64,000 bases of DNA from Tubiluchus corallicola (lineage: Eukaryota > Animalia > Priapulida). Position 1 is the stretch's first letter. Every line of letters begins with the position of its first letter. The position numbers were made by a program, and so were the translations under genes. The DNA lies in NCBI GenBank assembly GCA_030141605.1, contig JAQGDQ010001052.1, positions 3,465 through 67,464 of the forward strand, written 5' to 3'. Under the pieces are notes generated by a model. The model made no database searches, was not told the origin of the DNA, and worked only from the letters and a program-made list of their open reading frames with translations. Shown here in pieces: positions 51,201 through 63,200 of this stretch.

Positions 51201-54200
51201 GACAAGATACATTTCATGTCAGCAACGTTGGAAACTTTGTATAGGCTTCACACTGAATACGTTTGTTCAAACATTTCAAAAGCTTTTAATGAAAGTTTCA
51301 TAAGGAAACCATTTGTTTAAGCATTTCAAAGCTTTCTAGAATACATCTGACTAATCTTGAACAAAACGAACGTTTCTAGTACGGGTTGTTCACACTGAAT
51401 ATGTTTACTCGTGGATTTCTAAACTTCCAGTTTAAGTTTCACAGCGAAAACGTCTACTTTCAAATTTACTGTTCATTGTTGTGCAATAATTTAGCTTTGA
51501 CGTTGAGTAACAACTCAAGACATTCTACTGGATAAACGTTTAGTATTAATTTATTGAATTTTAAGCACCTGGGTGCAAACTTTTCTGTGCAACCTGTAGA
51601 TCGGTAGTTAGACTAACATGTCGTTAATTAAGTTTTTAACTTATTATTTAATTATTAGAAATACTTTGGCATTATCGTATGTGTTAAAATATATACATTT
51701 AACCATACTTCAAAATGATATGAAAAATCATCCTGTTTTGCTTTAAATGTAATAACTTGCTTGCATTGAAAATCACCATAGATACAGGGATGAGAATTTT
51801 CCGTGGATACGCGGAATTCCGAGTTTTTGGAAGACCAGTAGTGCCACTTTTGTAAATCGCGTAAATTCGTTGAGAAAATTTTTACGGACCCAGTACATTA
51901 TTTCGCAAGCTGGCCGCTAGGTGGCAGGCCGTCACTTTGTTTACATCACGTACATCAGTGTAACCACGTGTATATCTTTATGTGTAAAAATATAGAATCA
52001 ATTGTGTGGAGTTATTTGAGTCAATTGCAGACAGTTTTTATAAACTTTTGCATAAGAGCAGCCAGTACTTAGGCGTTTTTGAGACAATTAGGTATCATGT
52101 ATCCTTGATAGTTGGATATTTTAAATTATGCATGAAACAAGGTAATTGATATTGTAAGTCCACTTAGAGGCTCTCTATGGCCACAAAATTGCAATTTGTT
52201 GCTGGTTCCAAGGGGGTTTCCCTTGAACCCCATTGGGGAAGGCCCCCAAACCCCCGGCCTGTTTCAGAGTTTTTTGCAATTTGTCATTCTCATCCCTGTA
52301 GATGTTGAAAATGGGTGAAATTGATAAAAACCCATTATCTTTAAAATCTTGTATCTAATCCATTCCATGAACTTAAATAAATATTCATAATTTTAGGCGT
52401 TAAAGCGGCACTTTTTCTCAGTTCACTCGTGCAAAGTAGGTAGCTCTTTGCGACATCCCGTTGCGCTACTTTTCATCACAGTGCCACCTGCAGGCGTGGA
52501 CGTGAACTTAGAACCGAACAAAACTAAAGTGCTTCTTCAAGAAAAGGTAATGTGTTGGACTATTAAACGTTCTTGCATTTTCATAAGCACAATTGTTCAT
52601 AGTGTTCTAAGTGTATTTTGCTTGATCAATTTGGCATTTGATTGGTCGGTTTGTTGATTAGCTTGTTTATACATTAAAACATATTGTAAATATAGGTATT
52701 AGGATAAATAGATAAAATAGATTGAGAAAGTATGCTAACTAATTTGTTAAAATAGATTCTTCTTTCGATGAGTTTTTTTATTACTGCTAATTGTAAATTA
52801 TTTTATGAAATTTGTTTTGTACTGATAAAGTCCAATCAGTGAAAATGAAGCAAAATTTTCACTTAGGTGCGTATTGATGTATCTCAGAGTATAAAGAGTC
52901 AAGAAAGTTGGTGAAAAGGCACCAGTTCTTTGAAAACATGCTCAGGGGAGCAGTTGCTCCCCTTACTCCCCCTTAATAGCTACGCCCCTGGTATAAACTG
53001 CAGCAAGGAACTGTTACATTATTAGCGTGGCATTGAAAATGATGATTTTGTTACAGGACGGTGTTTTTGCTATGTTTGAAGAATGTTTAGTCAAAGTGTA
53101 TGGACACCCTGCTGTGAAAACATCTGTGCAAGGTGCTAGAGCAACTTCAGTAGAAGTGGAAGAAGCCACTTTCAAGTGCAGTGCATTTAGTTTGAGTAGT
53201 GACCACACTGACCACACTCTCCGGGATGATGCAACTACTAGCAATGATGTCGAGGCAGGTGCTAGTGTTCAAAACAGAACCGACGTTACACGGTGTGATG
53301 TTGCGACCGCTATAGATTTGCAACATGGTGTCGAGGCAGGTGCTAGTGTTGAAAACAGAACCGACGCTACACGATGTGATCTTGCCACCGCTAAAGATTT
53401 GCATAATCTTGTTGAGACAGGTACTAGTGTTCAAAACAGAACCGACGCTACACAGTGTGATCTTGCCACCGCTAAAGATTTGAAAAATGTTGTTGAGAAA
53501 AGTAGTTCTTTGAATAACGCAAGCAGGAGAGAAGAGAATCGACAATCGTTATGCAAAATTGCACTTACAGACTCTCACACGGATGCGAAAAAATATGAAG
53601 TTGACGAATATAGACCACTCTGTGATTTTCCGTGCAGTTTTGACGACGACTTAGTGGAAGATTTGACTCTAGAAGAAGATGATTTATTGAGAAACGTGTC
53701 AGACGTTCTCGAAGAAGCAGCGTATTTTGAAAAACCTCGTGCTGAGATGACGGAAAATTGTGCAGGCGATATTGGTGATGTTTATGCTAGTGGGGCAGCA
53801 ACTGAGTGCGAGTTTCATAATAGCATTAAAAATACTGAAGTAATTAGTGATGCTTATCACAGTGGTGAAGCCAGGTTCAATGTCCAACTAAACACAACTA
53901 AAACATCCTCGCATTCGTTAGCAGATTCTGAAGCAGCAGCCCCCGCGCTGTCGGTTGACCTTGAATCTTGGACTTGCGGACGTGCATTTGTGGATCAAAC
54001 TAAGCAACCAGTGGAGGTATGAATAGTTTTTGTAGGAACGTGTGAAGATGGACATGATAGAGACGAAACCACTTTGATGGCTTCTTTTCTCACCTGTATT
54101 TAGGCTTGTTACTGAACAGCAATGCTTCCATACATGGTGATATGTACCTGTATCATTATAATATGGATAATTAATATTTACATGCTTGAGCATTTGCTGA

Positions 54201-57200
54201 TAAAAGAAATGTGAAATCATTGAAGCGTACAGTAGATTGTACTGTAGATACGTAACAATCAATGCAGCGAGCGTACCATTAGTTCACTTAATGAGCTAAA
54301 TCAGCAAAGTGTTAACTCTTTCGGGACAGCACCATTCAAAATTGGTCTTATGAGACCTATGACTTTTGTACTACTGTATGAGCACAGACATAACTAAATG
54401 ATTACAAATTAGGTACTGTTCTGTTCAGGAGAATCTCTGCTATCCAATCATGCTATTTGTTTAAACATTTATAAGTGATTTAATTGGATAAAATTAAGAA
54501 AAACACGCCCATTTTCAGGCTCTCCAACTTAGCCTATTGAGTAGCTTAGCCTGGTGTACACTTGTGTGATCTCACACACTATTTTATTGATCACCTGCTT
54601 GCTACAGTCCAGAGAAATGTCTGCTGTACAGAGTTCCAGGAAAACCTAACCGATCATCCTAGGAGAAATTAAGATCATCTCATCTTTTAACCGGAATTTC
54701 TAATTAAAAACAGAGCAGACTTGAGGTCAAAGTGTTTCAGAGTGTTGTGTCTCTGGATAGTTGAAATTTTCTGCATTAACCAATTTTGTACAAGTGATAC
54801 TGTACATTGTTACAGTGCAAAGACTGCAGTTACTGGCAGATTTGTTCCATTCTTTGTCAAAAATCAGTTTTAGTTTGTCTAGGATAAGCAAATGCATTTC
54901 ATATATAATTTTGCATGAAAATCCATCGTGTGAGGAGTAGAAACCTACAAAAGTTATGGAATATAACGTCATCGCTGCTTAGTGAGAGCACTTTTCATGA
55001 ACCCGTGTAAAATTCAGCAAACTCTTACAATCCTGAAGGAATTAAAAAAGGCTGACCTGTAACGTGAATAAGTTAATTAGTTAACTACATTTTTGCATAT
55101 AAACTATTGAAATGATAAACCTGAATCTGAAAATGCAATAGGATCTTTTAATTTAAAGTATTGAAATGGTTTGCTTTTCTGATGGATTACGCTGTAAACT
55201 TTACACACTAATGAGTGAAAATTGAATACCATGTTGAGTTTTTTAGCATTTACCATTCACAAAATTGATTGTCGACAAATATATTTAGCATTTTATTTAT
55301 AAAGCCTGCATAAATTAACTCGCGTATCGTGATACATATCATATCATGAGGTTCGTATCGTGATACATATCATATCATGAGGTTCGTATCGTGATACATA
55401 TCATATCATGAGGTTCGTATCGTGATACATATCATATCATGAGGTTCGTATCGTGATACGTACGTGTGTCATGACCTAAGTGTATCGTTACAGTCTTTAG
55501 ACAGGGACTAATTTATTCATTTTTTGTTTATGACTTAGCCTGTTAAAGTTTTCACTTCGGATGCAGCGCCAATCAAACGTCTTCCTTCGTCTCCGTCTGA
55601 CGGGAACGCTTTGAAGAAACAAAAGATCAATCGAAGCCAGACAACTTTGTTTGAGTCGTTTAATAGAGAAAGTATCAAGCAGTCTCCGTCGTCGTACATT
55701 TCGTTTTGCAATCATACCCGTCGCAAAAGTACGTTTATTTCTAAAATATCTCAGCATCAATTTCTGTACGTAGAGCTTCCGTATTAATATTCAAGTAATG
55801 CAAGTCCTCGCTTAACAACGCTAATGGGTTCCAACAAAATGTGATGTTAAGCAAAACGTCATTAAATGAAGCCAAGACTTCCGTAGAAAGTAATGTAAAA
55901 CAATTGGGATACGTTCCGGAGACAAAAATCAATCCTGCTTGACTCATATTTGTTAAACATTCTATGAGTTTTATTCATATTTCTACTGATTAATGTCTTC
56001 CTGTTTGCCTAAAACCACCTATATATTTTACTTACCAATACCTAGCTATAGCGGTTTCTATAGTAGGTTAACGTTTAAGCCTAGCCAGGGGTTAAACAAT
56101 AAACACTGAAGAGTCTAACCCTGGTGTGACCTTGAGAATTTTACCTACATACTTAGTCTGGTTGCTATAGCAACAGGTTGCAGGCAAAACTGCCCGCTGG
56201 TCACTTGATACTTGATACAAACCGCTAGTAATACAGTAGTAACATAAGCAGTCAGTAGGGAAACAAAAACATGTATAATAATTGCTCTGTTTACGTTATT
56301 AGTGCATTTCTAGAACTGAATAATGCGATAGGTACTGTTTTAATGCATCAAATTAGGTAAAAATTTTGTTGCTCAAATAAAAATTTGCCTTGAACAAAGT
56401 AAAAAGTTCGTTGTTAAAGTGAGACGTGTGTCGTTTAGTGAAAAAAGGGGTCAAATGATCGGCGTCATTAAAACGAAACATCGCTAAACGGGCAGTCATT
56501 AAGCGAGGACTTACTGCAGTCATCTTGTAAATACTTTCATTTGTTAATGCATTTTCTAATTTCTTTTAGGGATTCCAGCTTCCAACGCTTTTTTTATTTA
56601 TGAAAATCCTCTAACTACACATTGTAAAATCAATTTGCCACATTGCTAAAACACTTGTCATTTATTTATTAGTAATAGAGGAAAACCTGGGTGCCGACTT
56701 CAAACAAATCGGAAATCTTCTGAACAAAAAATGGCAAGAATTATCCGACGATGAAAGAAAGTCTTACAGAAATTTACCCAGCCAAGGCTTGCCAGGGTGA
56801 GTACTGTTCACATGTGAAGTGATGCCGGGGTGAGTACTGTTCAAACGTGAAGTGATGCCAGGGTGAGTACTGTTCAAACGTGAAGTGATGCCGGGGTGAG
56901 TACTGTTCAAACGTGAAGTGATGCCGGGGTGAGTACTGTTCACATGTGAAGTGATGCCAGGGTGAGTACTGTTCACATGTGAAGTGATGCCGGGGTGAGT
57001 ACTGTTCAAATGTGAAGTGATGCCAGGGTGAGTGCTGTTCAAACGTGAAGTGATGCCAGGGTGAGTACTGTTCAAATGTGAAGTGATGCCAGGGTGAGTA
57101 CTGTTCAAACGTGAAGTGATGCCAGGGTGAGTACTGTTCAAATGTGAAGTGATGCCAGGGTGAGTGCTGTTCAAACGTGAAGTGATGCCAAGGTGAGTAC

Positions 57201-60200
57201 TGTTCAAACGTGAAGTGATGCCAGGGTGAGTACTGTTCAAATGTGAAGTGATGCCAGGGTGAGTACTGTTCACATGTGAAATTTTAATGTTGGTGTACGC
57301 AGTTATCAATGTCCCGCTTACATAAATTTCTACTATTTACAACATTAATCTGCTTGCCCAAGAATCATCTAAGCGGTAAATTGCAAAAACTCTTTCTCTC
57401 TCGCGTATGTTACAAGAATTCCGCCATGTTGGACATTCTTGCTGGCGTGTGCTAGATTTGAACCACGCCTCTTACTCGTGTAATACTTGGAGTTTGCACA
57501 CTTGGTGACTCCAAAATGTGTGAGTAAACGTGATATGATTCGGAGGCGATAATTGTCTCGTAGCTCTTTCTTTAAAAATTGAATTTTGTTGTTCAAAAAC
57601 TTCTTCAAACATTCAAAAGGGTTCATCATTTATTCACTTACTGAAGAAATACAAAGTTGAGTGAATTGCTATGATGATATAACGGGTTTAGAGTTGGGCA
57701 ATTTCTTCATATTAGTTCATCATGTATATTTGATGTTTTGTTATATGTATGACGTCACCGGGAACGGTTAACCTGCCACATTTAATAACATTTAAACGGT
57801 TAGCTGAAAAGCTTAACCATCTCACCTCTAAGATGAGGCGGCTTTCTGGGTGTTAACAAGATTTTTTGTTTGTTTCACAGCTGCAGTAAAAAGAAAAGTC
57901 GTACTCCGACCAGCACAAAGTTACTTAAACAGAAGAATTCTAAGAAAGCGCCACCTGAACATGTAACAGAACAACTTATTTTACTTTGATTACAGTTTTT
58001 GTGTTTGAATAGCAATAGGTTTAGACCGTGCGCTAGAAATAGATCTCATAAACAAAAATTATGTTGTTAATCAAATAGTTATCTCTATTTTGAAGATAAC
58101 TCCTTCACTTTTGACTCATCTTTGCATCTAACTTTATTATTTTTGCTGTTTTTGAGGCTTTCATTTTGGTAGCCCTCGTGTAAGGAACCAAGTACTGGGT
58201 TATATCAAATCTCTAAACAAACTTTTTGTGGTACTTGCACTTTAACTACCACGATTGTAATGGTTTGATACATTATATACAGCATATATACAATTTTACA
58301 CCTACGTAGAGCAAAAACTTGGGCATTTATAACTAAGGGCAGTAGTATCATCATGTAGAAAAAATTCAGTGTTTGTAGACATGTTTTTCATGAATCTGAT
58401 CTGTATTTGTGTGCTTGAATAGCAGTATCGTCCACAAGTCGGCAATTGAGTTTTTCTAGTTATTCACGGTATCCTGAATCTCCATTTCACGAGGATCATT
58501 TTGATGCCAAGCTCATTGCTCTATGTTGTTTCTAAGCTGAGATAATCCACGTTGAAGTTGAGGTGCAGGCTGGGCACTGAGAAACATGATCTTGAGAAAA
58601 TCACTGTTAAAGTCAGCCATTGTTTTTTACTTAGCAACCGCACAAATGTTGGTTGCTACGGACTTTGCAAGAACACATTGAAGTTACATTTAAATCCAGT
58701 AGATGGCTCTTTTTGACAAAGGTCTGGGTTTGGCAACAGAAAAAACCCGAAGCAAAATGGACTGCTTCCACGAGCTACTTCACATTTGAAAATACAAGTT
58801 TTTCACAATTTCAGTACTAGTTTCTAACCTGAAAAGTGGGTACAGGATTTTAAAATTTGATTTTTAGTGTTTTTTGAACATTTTCTTGATAATTTGATCC
58901 TAGTTTGTTTTATAAAAAACAAAAAAGACATTTGACCAAAGTTTTGGTTCATCCTACTTTCAAGCATCATAACGTAGTTTTAACTATGCTGACTTACGGA
59001 CGGCTTTGATTTACAAGCACACATTTCGTTCTTCAATCACAAGTGATAATTGATAAATATGTTTTAGAAATATTTCTAACATTATCTTTAATATTTGTTT
59101 CAGTGCTAATTAAATTTTATTTTGTTGATTTTAGAGAGGAACTAGACCGATTATCGATTTACTCAAATCTGCTGCAAAGACTGGTCAGCCAATCGCAAAC
59201 AAGTCACTGCTTCGAAAAGTAATCAGCATTCCATTTTTCGCGGTCAGCTTAAGAGAAAGGTTAAAAGAACATTCTAGTCGTCGGTAAGATTTAAACCATA
59301 CACAAAAATACACAAAACTATTTATAGTTTCAAAAAGTACTTGAAAAGGACCATTTTTGATTTATACTTATAATACCTCTATGTAAATTAAACATACACT
59401 GTGGTCGTTTCTTCTCCTCTTTTCCTTCTTCCTATCCCTAATCTTACTATTTTTTTCCATTCCATCATGTCTACTAACCCTAACCATTCTTTCATTCACT
59501 CATCCTCCCCTCCCTTCCTTCTTCCTATCACTAATCTTACTATTTTCTCCATTCCGTCATGTCTACTAACCCTAACCATTCTTTCATTCACTCATCCCCT
59601 CCTCCCTTCCTTCTTCCTATCACTAATCTTACTATTTTTTCCATTCCAGCATATCTACTAACCCTAACCATTCTTTCATTCACTCATCCTCCCCTCCCTT
59701 CCTTCTTCCTATTCCTAATCTTACTATTTTCTCCATTCCATCATGTCTACTAACCCTAATCATTCTTTCATTCACTCATCCTCCCCTCCCTTCCTTCTTC
59801 CTATCCCTAATCTTACTATTTTTTCCATTCCAGCATGTCTACTAACCCTAACCATTCTTTCATTCACTCATCCCCTCCTCCCTTCCTTCTTCCTGTCCCT
59901 AATCTTACTATTTTTTCCATTCCATCATGTCTACTAACCCTAACCATTCTTTCATTCACTCATCCCCTCCTCCCTTCCTTCTTCCTATCCCTAATCTTAC
60001 TATTTTTTCCATTCCGTCATGTCTACTAACCCTAATCATTCTTTCATTCACTCATCCTCCCCTCCCTTCCTTCTTCCTATCCCTAATCTTACTATTTTTT
60101 CCATTCCATCATGTCTACTAACTCTAACCATTCTTTCGTTCACTCATCCTCTCCTTCCTTCCTTCTTCCTATCCCTAATCTTACTATTTTTTCCATTCCA

Positions 60201-63200
60201 TCATGTCTACTAACCCTAACCATTCTTTCATTCACTCATCCTACCCTCCCTTCCTTCTTCCTATCCCTAATCTTACTATTTTTTCCATTCCATCATGTCT
60301 ACTAACCCTAACCATTCTTTCATTCACTCATTTCTGCCACCCTAACAAGCCAAGCTTTCAAGGTGTCATACAGCAACTCTTTTATTTGGTTAATTTGACT
60401 TCATCAACGTTTTTTACCCATACTGTTTCTTTTTGTTTCAATAATATTGTATGTTGATGTATTGTATATGTATTGCTGGAGTGAAATAAATTGATTGATT
60501 GATTGATTGAACCAGGCTTCATAGACTTACACAACCAGGCTTCATAGACTTACACAACCAGGCTTCGTAGACTTACACAACCAGGCTTCGTAGACTTAGA
60601 CAACCGGGCTTCATGGGCTTACACAACCGGGCTTCATAGACTTACACAACCGGGCTTCATAGACTTACACAACCGGGCTTCATAGACTTACACAACCAGG
60701 CTTCATAGACTTACACAACCAGGCTTCGTAGACTTACACAACCAGGCTTCGTAGACTTACACAACCAGGCTTCGTAGACTTACACAACCGGGCTTCATGG
60801 GCTTACACAACCGGGCTTCATGGGCTTACACAACCGGGCTTCATAGACTTACACAACAATTGTCCTGCAAACTTTTACATGTATGAATTTGTCATTCGCA
60901 TTGCGGATTCTTCAAGAGAGCTTTAGTGACTGTAGTAAACTATTTTGAACACTTTGAGACCGGAAAATCTGTTCTAGTTATGCGAAAGTTCGAGTTAGAT
61001 GAATGTTTGAGTTAGACAATGTTGGTAAGAAAACAAGATTGAGTCACTCATCAACGTCGGGCAATACACTAGTAACACTACAGGCTGTGAAAATGACAAA
61101 CTTAGCCTTTAATCAAATATCAAACAACAATTTTTATAAATAATGAAAAATAAAATGACTGGTCCACCTCTATTGTAGTCTGAGTAGCATGGTTAATAGA
61201 ATTCAGCAATAATAATATTGTGATCTACATTAAACTACGTTTGCTAAGCCATGTTGTATGCAGCGTTCTGCCAAGGTAATACAAGAAATCTTAGAATTTT
61301 TGCTGAAACAAGCAGTTAAAATTGTAATGCGGTGCAGCCTTTCCTGTTCAGCGTTCTGCTAAGGTAATACAAGAAATCTTAGCATTTTTGCTGAAACTAG
61401 CAGTTAAAATTGTAATGTGGTGCAGCCTTTCGTGTTCAGCGTTCTGCTAAGGTAATACAAGAAATCTTAGAATTTTTGCTGAAACTAGCAGTTAAAATTG
61501 TAATGTGGTGCAGCCTTTCGTGTAGGATTGCTCACTTGGGAGATTGTTCAAGATAGGTGGGGTAATTTCAATCAGATTCTTAAGAATTATATCGGAAATT
61601 CGGCTCGAGTTACACGGTAAAATGAGTTACACACTTCAAGGCACACGATGTTTGTTAAAGAGAAAATCTGTTGAGCGAGATATGTTTGAGATACGCAAGA
61701 ATTTGAGTTGTAGCAGTTCAAGTTACACGTAGTTTACTGTACTTGTTGAAATGTATGTGATTTTTAAACGTGTTTGAATAGTTTTCTTACTAGTCTTATA
61801 CGACTTATTTAGTCATTTATTTGTTTTCTTTACTGTGAATATCGAGAAAGTGACCACTCTTGTGTATTAAATAAAAAAATTGCTATACCACTTACTACGT
61901 TGTTTTAAATGTTCATTTAATCAAATATTGCAATGAAGTAGTAAGTACGTTTTTGCATGAGATGGATATAAAATTGGCAATTAAGATTGTGTACACAGGC
62001 TGCCCAGAAATCACAAGGTTGTGGGTTCGAGTCCCAGGAGCGGTACAATATTTTTCAGACTTTCTTAATTGTGTTACTTTCTTAGGCTAATTTAGTATTG
62101 CTTTCGTTTGTCTATATGACTGTAGTTGAAAGAGCCTAGAGTTGTCAAATGTCGGAAAAAAATCAATTAACAAATTGATTTTTCATTGAAACGGTCAATA
62201 TCTTCACATTTAGAAAATTTAAAGATCCAAATTTTTTTATTAAAATTCCACCATGTTAATCATCCTGTTGTCTGGATTCTATGAATCTCGGGTATCACCT
62301 GTTGTCAAAGTGAAAACATCGCAGGAGGCTGATGGTATTAACTGTTTTATATGTTACGTTTCAGTCAACCAAGTCAAACTAAGGAATGTGGGATACATCC
62401 AGAACTTATCGGTCAACTGGGAAGTGATGATGTGTGGTTGTGTAGAAATGGGAAAGATATTCAGGTGTTTCATCCCTACAGGGCTCTGGAGTGCATCTAT
62501 TTTTCTAAGCTGATGGAAAACCACAAACTGCCCATTCAGCCTCTGGACTTACCTGTAAATTTAACTGAAAGGTACGTGGACTTACCTGTAAATTTAACTG
62601 AAAGATACGTGGACTTACCTGTAAATTTAACTGAAAGGTACGTGGACTTACCTGTAAATTTAACTGAAAGATACGTGGACTTACCTGTAAATTTAACTGA
62701 AAGGTACGTGGACTTACCTGTAAATTTAACTGAAAGATACGTGGACTTACCTGTAAATTTAACTAAAAGGTACGTGGACTTACCTGTAAATTTAACTGAA
62801 AGGTACATGGACTTACCTGTAAATTTAACTAAAAGGTACGTGGACTTACCTGTAAATTTATCTGAAAGCTACGTGGACTTACCTGTAAATTTAACTAAAA
62901 GGTACGTGGACTTACCTGTAAATTTAACTAAAAGGTACGTGGACTTACCTGTAAATTTATCTGAAAGCTACGTGGACTTACCTGTAAATTTAACTGAAAG
63001 GTACGTGGACTTACCTGTAAATTTAACTGAAAGGTACGTGGACTTACCTGTAAATTTAACTGAAAGCTACGTGGACTTACCTGTAAATTTATCTGAAAGC
63101 TACGTGGACTTACCTGTAAATTTTCACCAATAACGACCAAAAATGGCTGAAAGAGTGATTCACACATTGCGAATCATAGATCACGCATCACACATTGCGA

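Noticed and set aside
56764-57309. 181-aa minus-strand ORF (NSTHPGITS)n
   Set aside because: Antisense translation of the 33-bp donor array.
59401-60457. Series of 64-aa hydrophobic ORFs
   Set aside because: Translations of a pyrimidine-rich 92-bp repeat.
62015-62050. tRNA gene (B box GGTTCGAGTCC)
   Set aside because: No A box or complete cloverleaf; probably a SINE fragment.
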